In this document: positions 11,501-24,748 of the stretch, one piece after another | Numbering within the stretch: the first letter of the stretch is position 1 | How the letters are laid out: each line of letters opens with the position of its first letter | Source of the DNA: Eledone cirrhosa | Lineage: Eukaryota | Assembly (NCBI GenBank): GCA_964016885.1 | Contig: OZ024745.1 | Span: 93,496,001-93,560,000, forward strand | DNA: 64,000 nucleotides | Reading direction: 5' to 3' | Position numbers and translations under genes: made by a program | Notes under the pieces: model-generated | The model's input: the letters and a program-made list of their open reading frames with translations, nothing else | Databases searched by the model: none | Told to the model about the DNA's origin: nothing

Positions 11501-14500
11501 AAGTCAAATCTGCCTTCCAAAGCAAGTCAAATCTGCCTTCCAAAGCAAGTCAAATCTGCCTTCCAAAGCAAGTCAAATCTGCCTTGCAAAGCAAGTCAAA
11601 TCTGCCTTGCAAAGCAAGTCAAATCTGCCTTGCAAAGCAAGTCAAATCTGCCTTGCAAAGCAAGTCAAATCTGCCTTGCAAAGCAAGTCAAATCTGCCTT
11701 GCAAAGCAAGTCAAATCTGCCTTGCAAAGCAAGTCAAATCTGCCTTGCAAAGCAAGTCAAATCTGCCTTGCAAAGCAAGTCAAATCTGCCTTGCAAAGCA
11801 AGTCAAATCTGCCTTGCAAAGCAAGTCAAATCTGCCTTGCAAAGCAAGTCAAATCTGCCTTGCAAAGCAAGTCAAATCTGCCTTGCAAAGCAAGTCAAAT
11901 CTGCCTTCCGAAGCAAGTCAAATCTGCCTTCCGAAGCAAGTCAAATCTGCCTTCCGAAGCAAGTCAAATCTGCCTTCCGAAGCAAGTCAAATCTACCTTC
12001 CGAAGCAAGTCAAATCTACCTTCCGAAGCAAGTCAAATCTACGTTCCGAAGCAAGTCAAATCTACGTTCCGAAGCAAGTCAAATCTACCTTCCGAAGCAA
12101 GTCAAATCTACCTTCCGAAGCAAGTCAAATCTACCTTCCGAAGCAAGTCAAATCTACCTTCCTAAGCAAGTCAAATCTACCTTCCAAAGCAAGTCAAATC
12201 TACCTTCCAAAGCAAGTCAAATCTACCTTCCAAAGCAAGTCAAATCTACCTTCCAAAGCAAGTCAAATCTACCTTCCAAAGCAAGTCAAATCTACCTTCC
12301 AAAGCAAGTCAAATCTACCTTCCAAAGCAAGTCAAATCTGCCTCCCAAAGCAAGTCAAATCTGCCTCCCAAAGCAAGTCAAATCTGCCTCCCAAAGCAAG
12401 TCAAATCTGCCTCCCAAAGCAAGTCAAATCTGCCTCCCAAAGCAAGTCAAATCTGCCTTCCAAAGCAAGTCAAATCTGCCTTCCAAAGCAAGTCAAATCT
12501 GCCTTCCAAAGCAAGTCAAATCTGCCTTCCAAAGCAAGTCAAATCTGCCTTCCAAAGCAAGTCAAATCTGCCTTCCAAAGCAAGTCAAATCTGCCTTCCA
12601 AAGCAAGTCAAATCTGCCTTCCAAAGCAAGTCAAATCTGCCTTCCGAAGCAAGTCAAATCTGCCTTCCGAAGCAAGTCAAATCTGCCTTCCGAAGCAAGT
12701 CAAATCTGCCTTCCGAAGCAAGTCAAATCTACCTTCCTAAGCAAGTCAAATCTACCTTCCTAAGCAAGTCAAATCTACCTTCCAAAGCAAGTCAAATCTA
12801 CCTTCCAAAGCAAGTCAAATCTACCTTCCAAAGCAAGTCAAATCTGCCTTCCAAAGCAAGTCAAATCTGCCTTCCAAAGCAAGTCAAATCTGCCTTCCAA
12901 AGCAAGTCAAATCTGCCTTCCAAAGCAAGTCAAATCTGCCTTCCAAAGCAAGTCAAATCTGCCTTCCAAAGCAAGTCAAATCTGCCTTCCAAAGCAAGTC
13001 AAATCTGCCTTCCAAAGCAAGTCAAATCTGCCTTCCAAAGCAAGTCAAATCTGCCTTGCAAAGCAAGTCAAATCTGCCTTGCAAAGCAAGTCAAATCTGC
13101 CTTGCAAAGCAAGTCAAATCTGCCTTGCAAAGCAAGTCAAATCTGCCTTGCAAAGCAAGTCAAATCTGCCTTGCAAAGCAAGTCAAATCTGCCTTGCAAA
13201 GCAAGTCAAATCTGCCTTGCAAAGCAAGTCAAATCTGCCTTGCAAAGCAAGTCAAATCTGCCTTGCAAAGCAAGTCAAATCTGCCTTGCAAAGCAAGTCA
13301 AATCTGCCTTGCAAAGCAAGTCAAATCTGCCTTGCAAAGCAAGTCAAATCTGCCTTGCAAAGCAAGTCAAATCTGCCTTGCAAAGCAAGTCAAATCTGCC
13401 TTGCAAAGCAAGTCAAATCTGCCTTGCAAAGCAAGTCAAATCTGCCTTGCAAAGCAAGTCAAATCTGCCTTGCAAAGCAAGTCAAATCTGCCTTGCAAAG
13501 CAAGTCAAATCTGCCTTGCAAAGCAAGTCAAATCTGCCTTGCAAAGCAAGTCAAATCTGCCTTGCAAAGCAAGTCAAATCTGCCTTGCAAAGCAAGTCAA
13601 ATCTGCCTTCCGAAGCAAGTCAAATCTGCCTTCCGAAGCAAGTCAAATCTGCCTTCCGAAGCAAGTCAAATCTGCCTTCCGAAGCAAGTCAAATCTGCCT
13701 TCCGAAGCAAGTCAAATCTGCCTTCCGAAGCAAGTCAAATCTGCCTTCCGAAGCAAGTCAAATCTACCTTCCGAAGCAAGTCAAATCTACCTTCCGAAGC
13801 AAGTCAAATCTACGTTCCGAAGCAAGTCAAATCTACCTTCCGAAGCAAGTCAAATCTACCTTCCGAAGCAAGTCAAATCTACCTTCCGAAGCAAGTCAAA
13901 TCTACCTTCCTAAGCAAGTCAAATCTACCTTCCAAAGCAAGTCAAATCTACCTTCCAAAGCAAGTCAAATCTACCTTCCAAAGCAAGTCAAATCTACCTT
14001 CCAAAGCAAGTCAAATCTACCTTCCAAAGCAAGTCAAATCTACCTTCCAAAGCAAGTCAAATCTACCTTCCAAAGCAAGTCAAATCTGCCTTCCAAAGCA
14101 AGTCAAATCTGCCTCCCAAAGCAAGTCAAATCTGCCTCCCAAAGCAAGTCAAATCTGCCTCCCAAAGCAAGTCAAATCTGCCTCCCAAAGCAAGTCAAAT
14201 CTGCCTTCCAAAGCAAGTCAAATCTGCCTTCCAAAGCAAGTCAAATCTGCCTTCCAAAGCAAGTCAAATCTGCCTTCCAAAGCAAGTCAAATCTGCCTTC
14301 CAAAGCAAGTCAAATCTGCCTTCCAAAGCAAGTCAAATCTGCCTTCCAAAGCAAGTCAAATCTGCCTTCCAAAGCAAGTCAAATCTGCCTTCCAAAGCAA
14401 GTCAAATCTGCCTTCCAAAGCAAGTCAAATCTGCCTTCCGAAGCAAGTCAAATCTGCCTTCCGAAGCAAGTCAAATCTGCCTTCCGAAGCAAGTCAAATC

Positions 14501-17500
14501 TGCCTTCCGAAGCAAGTCAAATCTACCTTCCGAAGCAAGTCAAATCTACCTTCCTAAGCAAGTCAAATCTACCTTCCAAAGCAAGTCAAATCTACCTTCC
14601 AAAGCAAGTCAAATCTGCCTTCCAAAGCAAGTCAAATCTGCCTTCCAAAGCAAGTCAAATCTGCCTTCCAAACCAAGTCAAATCTGCCTTCCAAACCAAG
14701 TCAAATCTGCCTTCCAAAGCAAGTCAAATCTGCCTTCCAAAGCAAGTCAAATCTGCCTTCCAAAGCAAGTCAAATCTGCCTTGCAAAGCAAGTCAAATCT
14801 GCCTTGCAAAGCAAGTCAAATCTGCCTTGCAAAGCAAGTCAAATCTGCCTTGCAAAGCAAGTCAAATCTGCCTTGCAAAGCAAGTCAAATCTGCCTTGCA
14901 AAGCAAGTCAAATCTGCCTTGCAAAGCAAGTCAAATCTGCCTTGCAAAGCAAGTCAAATCTGCCTTGCAAAGCAAGTCAAATCTGCCTTGCAAAGCAAGT
15001 CAAATCTGCCTTGCAAAGCAAGTCAAATCTGCCTTGCAAAGCAAGTCAAATCTGCCTTGCAAAGCAAGTCAAATCTGCCTTGCAAAGCAAGTCAAATCTG
15101 CCTTGCAAAGCAAGTCAAATCTGCCTTGCAAAGCAAGTCAAATCTGCCTTGCAAAGCAAGTCAAATCTGCCTTCCGAAGCAAGTCAAATCTGCCTTCCGA
15201 AGCAAGTCAAATCTGCCTTCCGAAGCAAGTCAAATCTACCTTCCGAAGCAAGTCAAATCTACCTTCCGAAGCAAGTCAAATCTACCTTCCGAAGCAAGTC
15301 AAATCTACGTTCCGAAGCAAGTCAAATCTACCTTCCGAAGCAAGTCAAATCTACCTTCCGAAGCAAGTCAAATCTACCTTCCTAAGCAAGTCAAATCTAC
15401 CTTCCTAAGCAAGTCAAATCTACCTTCCAAAGCAAGTCAAATCTACCTTCCAAAGCAAGTCAAATCTACCTTCCAAAGCAAGTCAAATCTACCTTCCAAA
15501 GCAAGTCAAATCTACCTTCCAAAGCAAGTCAAATCTACCTTCCAAAGCAAGTCAAATCTACCTTCCAAAGCAAGTCAAATCTGCCTTCCAAAGCAAGTCA
15601 AATCTGCCTTCCAAAGCAAGTCAAATCTGCCTCCCAAAGCAAGTCAAATCTGCCTCCCAAAGCAAGTCAAATCTGACTCCCAAAGCAAGTCAAATCTGCC
15701 TTCCAAAGCAAGTCAAATCTGCCTTCCAAAGCAAGTCAAATCTGCCTTCCAAAGCAAGTCAAATCTGCCTTCCAAAGCAAGTCAAATCTGCCTTCCAAAG
15801 CAAGTCAAATCTGCCTTCCAAAGCAAGTCAAATCTGCCTTCCAAAGCAAGTCAAATCTACCTTCCGAAGCAAGTCAAATCTACCTTCCTAAGCAAGTCAA
15901 ATCTACCTTCCTAAGCAAGTCAAATCTACCTTCCAAAGCAAGTCAAATCTACCTTCCAAAGCAAGTCAAATCTACCTTCCAAAGCAAGTCAAATCTACCT
16001 TCCAAAGCAAGTCAAATCTACCTTCCAAAGCAAGTCAAATCTACCTTCCAAAGCAAGTCAAATCTGCCTTCCAAAGCAAGTCAAATCTGCCTCCCAAAGC
16101 AAGTCAAATCTGCCTCCCAAAGCAAGTCAAATCTGCCTTCCAAAGCAAGTCAAATCTGCCTTCCAAAGCAAGTCAAATCTGCCTTCCAAAGCAAGTCAAA
16201 TCTGCCTTCCAAAGCAAGTCAAATCTGCCTTCCAAAGCAAGTCAAATCTGCCTTGCAAAGCAAGTCAAATCTGCCTTCCAAAGCAAGTCAAATCTGCCTT
16301 CCAAAGCAAGTCAAATCTGCCTTCCAAAGCAAGTCAAATCTGCCTTCCAAAGCAAGTCAAATCTGCCTTCCAAAGCAAGTCAAATCTGCCTTCCAAAGCA
16401 AGTCAAATCTGCCTTCCAAAGCAAGTCAAATCTGCCTTCCAAAGCAAGTCAAATCTGCCTTCCAAAGCAAGTCAAATCTGCCTTTCAAAGCAAGTCAAAT
16501 CTGCCTTTCAAAGCAAGTCAAATCTGCCTTTCAAAGCAAGTCAAATCTGCCTTTCAAAGCAAGTCAAATCTGCCTTACAAAGCAAGTCAAATCTGCCTTC
16601 CAAAGCAAGTCAAATCTGCCTTTCAAAGCAAGTCAAATCTGCCTTTCAAAGCAAGTCAAATCTGCCTTTCAAAGCAAGTCAAATCTGCCTTTCAAAGCAA
16701 GTCAAATCTGCCTTTCAAAGCAAGTCAAATCTGCCTTTCAAAGCAAGTCAAATCTGCCTTCCAAAGCAAGTCAAATCTGCCTTCCAAAGCAAGTCAAATC
16801 TGCCTTCCAAAGCAAGTCAAATCTGCCTTCCAAAGCAGGTCAAATCTACCTTTCAAAGCAAGTCAAATCTACCTTCCAAAGCAAGTCAAATCTACCTTCC
16901 AAAGCAAGTCAAATCTACCTTCCAAAGCAAGTCAAATCTGCCTTCCAAAGCAAGTCAAATCTGCCTTACAAAGCAAGTCAAATCTGCCTTACAAAGCAAG
17001 TCAAATCTGCCTTCCAAAGCAAGTCAAATCTGCCTTTCAAAGCAAGTCAAATCTGCCTTACAAAGCAAGTCAAATCTGCCTTCCAAAGCAAGTCAAATCT
17101 GCCTTTCAAAGCAAGTCAAATCTGCCTTTCAAAGCAAGTCAAATCTGCCTTTCAAAGCAAGTCAAATCTACCTTCCAAAGCAAGTCAAATCTACCTTCCA
17201 AAGCAAGTCAAATCTGCCTTCCAAAGCAAGTCAAATCTGCCTTCCAAAGCAAGTCAAATCTGCCTTACAAAGCAAGTCAAATCTGCCTTTCAAAGCAAGT
17301 CAAATCTGCCTTTCAAAGCAAGTCAAATCTGCCTTTCAAAGCAAGTCAAATCTGCCTTCCAAAGCAAGTCAAATCTGCCTTCCAAAGCAAGTCAAATCTG
17401 CCTTTCAAAGCAAGTCAAATCTGCCTTTCAAAGCAAGTCAAATCTGCCTTTCAAAGCAAGTCAAATCTGCCTTTCAAAGCAAGTCAAATCTGCCTTTCAA

Positions 17501-20500
17501 AGCAAGTCAAATCTGCCTTCCAAAGCAAGTCAAATCTGCCTTCCAAAGCAAGTCAAATCTGCCTTCCAAAGCAAGTCAAATCTGCCTTCCAAAGCAAGTC
17601 AAATCTGCCTTCCAAAGCAAGTCAAATCTGCTTTCCAAAGCAAGTCAAATCTGCTTTCCAAAGCAAGTCAAATCTGCTTTCCAAAGCAAGTCAAATCTGC
17701 TTTCCAAAGCAAGTCAAATCTGCTTTCCAAAGCAAGTCAAATCTGCTTTCCAAAGCAAGTCAAATCTGCTTTCCAAAGCAAGTCAAATCTGCTTTCCAAA
17801 GCAAGTCAAATCTGCTTTCCAAAGCAAGTCAAATCTGCTTTCCAAATCAAGTCAAATCTGCTTTCCAAAGTAAGTCAAATCTGCTTTCCAAAGTAAGTCA
17901 AATCTGCTTTCCAAAGCAAGTCAAATCTGCCTTGCAAAGCAAGTCAAATCTGCCTTCCAAAGCAAGTCAAATCTGCCTTGCAAAGCAAGTCAAATCTGCC
18001 TTGCAAAGCAAGTCAAATCTGCCTTGCAAAGCAAGTCAAATCTGCCTTCCAAAGCAAGTCAAATCTGCCTTCCAAAGCAAGTCAAATCTGCCTTCCAAAG
18101 CAAGTCAAATCTGCCTTCCAAAGCAAGTCAAATCTGCCTTCCAAAGCAAGTCAAATCTGCCTTCCAAAGCAAGTCAAATCTGCCTTCCAAAGCAAGTCAA
18201 ATCTACCTTCCAAAGCAAGTCAAATCTACCTTCCAAAGCAAGACAAATCTGCCTTCCGAAGCAAGTCAAATCTACCTTCCGAAGCAAGTCAAATCTACCT
18301 TCCGAAGCAAGTCAAATCTACCTTCCGAAGCAAGTCAAATCTACCTTCCGAAGCAAGTCAAATCTACCTTCCGAAGCAAGTCAAATCTACCTTCCGAAGC
18401 AAGTCAAATCTACCTTCCGAAGCAAGTCAAATCTACCTTCCGAAGCAAGTCAAATCTACCTTCCGAAGCAAGTCAAATCTACCTTCCTAAGCAAGTCAAA
18501 TCTACCTTTCTAAGCAAGTCAAATCTACCTTCCAAAGCAAGTCAAATCTACCTTTCTAAGCAAGTCAAATCTACCTTCCAAAGCAAGTCAAATCTACCTT
18601 CCAAAGCAAGTCAAATCTACCTTCCAAAGCAAGTCAAATCTGCCTTGCAAAGCAAGTCAAATCTGCCTTGCAAAGCAAGTCAAATCTGCCTTGCAAAGCA
18701 AGTCAAATCTGCCTTGCAAAGCAAGTCAAATCTGCCTTGCAAAGCAAGTCAAATCTGCCTTCCAAAGCAAGTCAAATCTGCCTTGCAAAGCAAGTCAAAT
18801 CTGCCTTCCAAAGCAAGTCAAATCTGCCTTCCAAAGCAAGTCAAATCTGCCTTCCAAAGCAAGTCAAATCTGCCTTTCAAAGCAAGTCAAATCTGCCTTC
18901 CAAAGCAAGTCAAATCTGCCTTCCAAAGCAAGTCAAATCTGCCTTCCAAAGCAAGTCAAATCTGCCTTCCAAAGCAAGTCAAATCAGCCTTCCAAAGCAA
19001 GACAAATCTGCCTTCCGAAGCAAGTCAAATCTACCTTCCGAAGCAAGTCAAATCTACCTTCCGAAGCAAGTCAAATCTACCTTCCGAAGCAAGTCAAATC
19101 TACCTTCCGAAGCAAGTCAAATCTACCTTCCGAAGCAAGTCAAATCTACCTTCCGAAGCAAGTCAAATCTACCTTCCGAAGCAAGTCAAATCTACCTTCC
19201 GAAGCAAGTCAAATCTACCTTCCGAAGCAAGTCAAATCTACCTTCCGAAGCAAGTCAAATCTACCTTCCGAAGCAAGTCAAATCTACCTTCCTAAGCAAG
19301 TCAAATCTACCTTCCAAAGCAAGTCAAATCTACCTTCCAAAGCAAGTCAAATCTACCTTCCAAAGCAAGTCAAATCTACCTTCCAAAGCAAGTCAAATCT
19401 GCCTTCCAAAGCAAGTCAAATCTGCCTTCCAAAGCAAGTCAAATCTGCCTCCCAAAGCAAGTCAAATCTGCCTCCCAAAGCAAGTCAAATCTGCCTCCCA
19501 AAGCAAGTCAAATCTGCCTCCCAAAGCAAGTCAAATCTGCCTTCCAAAGCAAGTCAAATCTGCCTTCCAAAGCAAGTCAAATATGCCTTCCAAAGCAAGT
19601 CAAATCTGCCTTCCAAAGCAAGTCAAATCTGCCTTCCAAAGCAAGTCAAATCTGCCTTCCAAAGCAAGTCAAATCTGCCTTCCAAAGCAAGTCAAATCTG
19701 CCTTCCAAAGCAAGTCAAATCTGCCTTCCAAAGCAAGTCAAATCTGCCTTCCAAAGCAAGTCAAATCTGCCTTCCAAAGCAAGTCAAATCTGCCTTCCAA
19801 AGCAAGTCAAATCTGCCTTCCAAAGCAAGTCAAATCTGCCTTCCAAAGCAAGTCAAATCTGCCTTCCAAAGCAAGTCAAATCTGCCTTCCAAAGCAAGTC
19901 AAATCTGCCTTCCAAAGCAAGTCAAATCTGCCTTCCAAAGCAAGTCAAATCTGCCTTCCAAAGCAAGTCAAATCTGCCTTCCAAAGCAAGTCAAATCTGC
20001 CTTCCAAAGCAAGTCAAATCTGCCTTCCAAAGCAAGTCAAATCTGCCTTCCAAAGCAAGTCAAATCTGCCTTCCAAAGCAAGTCAAATCTGGCTTCCAAA
20101 GCAAGTCAAATCTGGCTTTCAAAGCAAGTCAAATCTGGCTTTCAAAGCAAGTCAAATCTGGCTTTCAAAGCAAGTCAAATCTGGCTTTCAAAGCAAGTCA
20201 AATCTGGCTTTCAAAGCAAGTCAAATCTGCCTTTCAAAGCAAGTCAAATCTGCCTTTCAAAGCAAGTCAAATCTGCCTTTCAAAGCAAGTCAAATCTGCC
20301 TTTCCATGCAAGTCAAATCTGCCTTTCCATGCAAGTCAAATCTGCCTTTCAAAGCAAGTCAAATCTGCCTTTCAAAGCAAGTCAAATCTGCCTTTCAAAG
20401 CAAGTCAAATCTGCCTTTCAAAGCAAGTCAAATCTGCCTTTCAAAGCAAGTCAAATCTGCCTTTCAAAGCAAGTCAAATCTGCCTTTCAAAGCAAGTCAA

Positions 20501-21808
20501 ATCTGCCTTTCAAAGCAAGTTAAATCTGCCTTTCAAAGCAAGTCACATCTGCCTTTCAAAGCAAGTCAAATCTGCCTTCCAAAGCAAGTCAAATCTGCCT
20601 TCCAAAGCAAGTCAAATCTGCCTTCCAAAGCAAGTCAAATCTGCCTTCCAAAGCAAGTCAAATCTGCCTTCCAAAGCAAGTCAAATCTGCCTTCCAAAGC
20701 AAGTCAAATCTGCCTTCCAAAGCAAGTCAAATCTGCTTTCCAAAGCAAGTCAAATCTGCCTTCCAAAGCAAGTCAAATCTGCCTTCCAAAGCAAGTCAAA
20801 TCTGCCTTCCAAAGCAAGTCAAATCTGCTTTCCAAAGCAAGTCAAATCTGCTTTCCAAAGCAAGTCAAATCTGCTTTCCAAAGCAAGTCAAATCTGCTTT
20901 CCAAAGCAAGTCAAATCTGCTTTCCAAAGCAAGTCAAATCTGCTTTCCAAAGCAAGTCAAATCTGCTTTCCAAAGCAAGTCAAATCTGCCTTGCAAAGCA
21001 AGTCAAATCTGCCTTCCAAAGCAAGTCAAATCTGCCTTCCAAAGCAAGTCAAATCTGCCTTGCAAAGCAAGTCAAATCTGCCTTCCAAAGCAAGTCAAAT
21101 CTGCCTTCCAAAGCAAGTCAAATCTGCCTTCCAAAGCAAGTCAAATCTGCCTTCCAAAGCAAGTCAAATCTGCCTTCCAAAGCAAGTCAAATCTGCCTTC
21201 CAAAGCAAGTCAAATCTGCCTTCCAAAGCAAGTCAAATCTGCCTTCCAAAGCAAGTCAAATCTACCTTCCAAAGCAAGTCAAATCTACCTTCCAAAGCAA
21301 GACAAATCTGCCTTCCGAAGCAAGTCAAATCTACCTTCCGAAGCAAGTCAAATCTACCTTCCGAAGCAAGTCAAATCTACCTTCCGAAGCAAGTCAAATC
21401 TACCTTCCGAAGCAAGTCAAATCTACCTTCCGAAGCAAGTCAAATCTACCTTCCGAAGCAAGTCAAATCTACCTTCCTAAGCAAGTCAAATCTACCTTCC
21501 TAAGGAAGTCAAATCTACCTTCCAAAGCAAGTCAAATCTACCTTCCAAAGCAAGTCAAATCTACCTTCCAAAGCAAGTCAAATCTGCCTTCCAAAGCAAG
21601 TCAAATCTGCCTTCCAAAGCAAGTCAAATCTGCCTCCCAAAGCAAGTCAAATCTGCCTCCCAAAGCAAGTCAAATCTGCCTTCCAAAGCAAGTCAAATCT
21701 ACCTTCAAAAGCAAGTCAAATCTGCCTTCCAAAGCAAATCAAATCTACCTTCCAAGCAAGTCAAATCTGCCTTCCAAGCAAGTCAAATCTACCTTCCAAG
21801 CAAGTCAA
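8562..21808. repeat. Tandem satellite, 23-bp monomer AAATCT(G/A)CCTTCCAAAGCAAGTC (~575 copies), 22-bp variant at both edges
   Basis: Directly visible. 22-mer (…TTCCAAGCAAGTC) at 8562-~9068 and ~21742-21808; 23-mer in between, with block-wise variants. Confidence 0.98.
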
Positions 21809-21843
21809 CCCCGATCGATCTTTTAAGTCTCTCATAGGGATAC

Positions 21844-21883
21844 TCCCTTGATAATGGATTTTTAAACCCGAAAATATTTGGGA
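21844..21883 (+). ncRNA. Minimal type I hammerhead ribozyme, U3-A8 core variant
   Basis: Stem I tccc/ggga; core TTGATAA 21848-54; stem II gg.ttt/aaa.cc; GAAA 21870-73; palindromic AAATATTT stem III. Confidence 0.6.
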
Positions 21884-22084
21884 TTATTAAATTTGCTAAG
21901 ACAAGATTCTTTCGTTATCTTAGCAATTTTAATGTTCTTTCTAGTCCATTGTATGGTTTTCAAAATTATTTAAATTTGTGTTTAATATTTATTCTATATT
22001 ATTTTCTTATTCAGAAGTTACTAAATATGATTGTTTTTCTCTATTCTCTATACTATCAGGTGTATTGATAAAATAAGTACGATT

Positions 22085-23185
22085 TCATCATCATCATTTT
22101 TACATGTTTTCCAACCTTTCCATGTTTTCCAGTCTTCTCTAGCACAGCTCTCCTTCACCCATGATGTTCTTTCACCATCTTTTCTGTGAGATTCAGCATC
22201 CTAAGATCAACTCTCACTGCTTTTGTCCAGATTTTCTTTGGTCTTCCGTTTCTTTAACTACCATTTGCTTTGAGCTTCAGGTACTTCTTCATCCATATGC
22301 ATCATGTGTCTATATCAGCTCCGTCTTTTTTCTTGCATACTACATCTGATTCCTCCTATAGCCAGTTTTTCTTTCAACTCATTTGACACACGCAGAGAAG
22401 CATACTAACCTCATTTCTTTCTAACATTTGCACATCCTCTGCATACTATGCTTATGCCTCACTACTATGTAACACCATACTTCATACACTGGTATAATAT
22501 AATATGCCTTTCACCTGGAAGAAAGAATCCATTTGTTGCCAGTAAAGGTAGTAGCTCTTTAAACTTTTCCATCCTGCTCTTATTCTGACTATTATGTTTT
22601 TAGAGCTCTTTTCTCCACTGTAAATTAGGCTACCTAGAAAAATACTTCTATGGAGCCTTGCTTGGATTGGAAACAGTTTATTTCACCACTGCTCTCACTA
22701 CTAATTAAATGTGCATCTGCCACACATAAAATATATTTTCTCTATTAGCTGGCCTGTGATCCCACTAACTCATCTGTGTACACATAGTTTACACTGGGTA
22801 CATTATATGGAGTGTCTCCCTACTCCTTTTCTGCAAATTTCCCTGATGGCAGCATGAGCCTGTCTTTTTTCCTACTCCCTAAGACTTTGGTCTTTGCTAA
22901 GTTTACTTGGAATCCTTTCAATTTTAGGTTTTGTTTCCATGTTTGGAACTTCTCTAAATTTCCGCAAATTGAGCTATAAGTATTTGGCCATAAGAGTATA
23001 GGAGTCCCCACAGACAGTTGGTCTTACACACCTCCATTATTATCTGAAGAACTATAAGAAGCAGGAATGAACCAAGAATCTAGTGTTGATGAACATTGAT
23101 TTCTTCGCTAAACTCATTGCCTAGCATTCACTTTGTACATGTCTTGCACCATTCTCACAAGAAATTCATCTAGCCCAAGTTTTCT
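22085..23185 (-). mobile_element. Highly degenerate RTE LINE relic
   Basis: Residual homology to the RTE RT at 35-37k (LEKFQTWKQNL..KGFQVNLAKTKVL...PSGK); (ATC)n tail at 22086. Confidence 0.7.
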
Positions 23186-23599
23186 TAACCTTTTTGTTAG
23201 TGTATTTCTAATGTATACATTAAAGTTATATTGGTACAAATACAGAGTATGTAACTGAGACTTCACCAACGTGTATAAATATATACACATGTTTAATTTG
23301 GAGGCCTGTAAACTTGCCAGAAAATACGAATTTCCCTGTAAATTGAAAAAAATGATAAAAATCTTTAATCAAATTTTGAATCTTATTGGATCCTCATCAG
23401 AAGACATATATCATCCAATCAAAACATGTATTTGAAGAGTGATAGTGGTGGGAAGGCACAAATAGGGTGGGGATGTACTAAGATAGTTGGAATAGTTATT
23501 AAGGAGTGATAGTCGGAGGTGTGGGTCAGATTATGTTTTATGCTAGTAGGCAAGGTCTTCACCAGCACAGCATGTCGACTAACCCTATAGTCCTTTGTC

Positions 23600-24012
23600 A
23601 ACTCTGTTAATGTTGATCTTCCCTATCTCACCCCATTTCTTTCTGGGTCTTCCTCTTCCATGGGTCCTATCTGCTAAGATCTTTCTGCACTTCTTTATAC
23701 ACCAGTCATCTTCATACACATCACATGTCCATACCAGCACAATCTTCTTTCTTGCACACTATATCTGATTCCTCTTAAAGTAGGTTTTTCTCTTTCATCA
23801 CTTATTGTCACTTGTTCATGCCTACTAACATTACACATCCACTGGAGTATAGTAGCTTCATTTCTTTCTAGCTTTTGCAATTCCTCTTTCATGAAGTCCC
23901 TATGTTTTACTACTATGCAGTATCACAGTTCACATACAAGCATCATATAGTCTATTCTTCACCCCGAGAGAGAAGCCTTTTGTTGTTAGCAGAGGTGCTA
24001 GTTCCCTGAACC
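23600..24012 (-). mobile_element. Degenerate RTE LINE 3' fragment
   Basis: LERNEATILQWMCNV...RGIRYSVQERRLCWYGHVMCM. Confidence 0.75.
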
Positions 24013-24179
24013 TGTTTTATTCTAGCTATATTTATATATAATATTGGATTTATCAAACTCGTGAATGACCATCATTCTAGACTTAATTTTTAACCATAGT
24101 ACAACATCCAACTTTGCCAGAACCACCGTGCTATCAACTAGATCAGTCATATAAGCAAGGTAACACTGTCACTTTCAAT

Positions 24180-24360
24180 AGACTGATACCATCATAGCTG
24201 AGTACCAACAGGCATTTATACAAGTAGAAGTGCTATTGAGCTAATGTTCAGCCTCCACACCCTCGGAGAAAAATATCTTCAACACCAGAAACAGCTGTAC
24301 CATGTCTTCATAGATTTCAAGAAAGTATTTTATTGAATCTGACATGATACTCTGTCAACT
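24180..24360 (+). mobile_element. Degenerate RTE-type RT fragment; a further piece at ~25930-26175
   Basis: RSAIELMFSLHTLGEKYLQHQKQLYHVFIDFKKVF; downstream piece KDKNITKRNKIRLLHALVLSIILY-like. Confidence 0.6.
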
Positions 24361-24531
24361 AATCAATATGCAGGCAGCAGATGTAAAGAGAGAGGAGTAG
24401 TATGAGGTAGTCAAGCTACTCTTCTCTCTCTTTATGTGTTTTAACAGAATCGCAGAAATTTATAGATAAATATCCCCTGCGCATGTATGTATGCACACAC
24501 ACAGACATGCACACATGCACACACACTTCAC

Positions 24532-24748
24532 TTAACCCTTTAGCATACATTACTCTATATATACTATTGTATTTTCTTGGTAAAGGCTTTAGCTCATACG
24601 ATTATCTCACATAATATCAATTCTATGAGATTTTGATATCATATATTTTGAGAAAAATACCTTATCATCAGTATGAGTGGCCAGTTACAGCCGGTTTGAA
24701 CAGAAAGAGTTGAGAGAATTCTGGCCGGTTTAAATACTAAAGGGTTAA
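24532..24748. mobile_element. piggyBac-type MITE, copy 2 (opposite orientation)
   Basis: ttaaccctttagcat ... tactaaagggttaa. Confidence 0.8.

Noticed and set aside
8562-21808. CRISPR-like array
   Set aside because: Monomers are head-to-tail with no unique spacers; the context is eukaryotic and there are no cas genes.
10089-21826. Very long ORFs (up to 1052 aa) of repeating QSKSNLPSKASQICLPKQVKSAF
   Set aside because: The 23-bp monomer has no + strand stop codon, so all three frames are open and give the same peptide. Starts are TTG, there is no codon-position bias, and the array lies in an intron.
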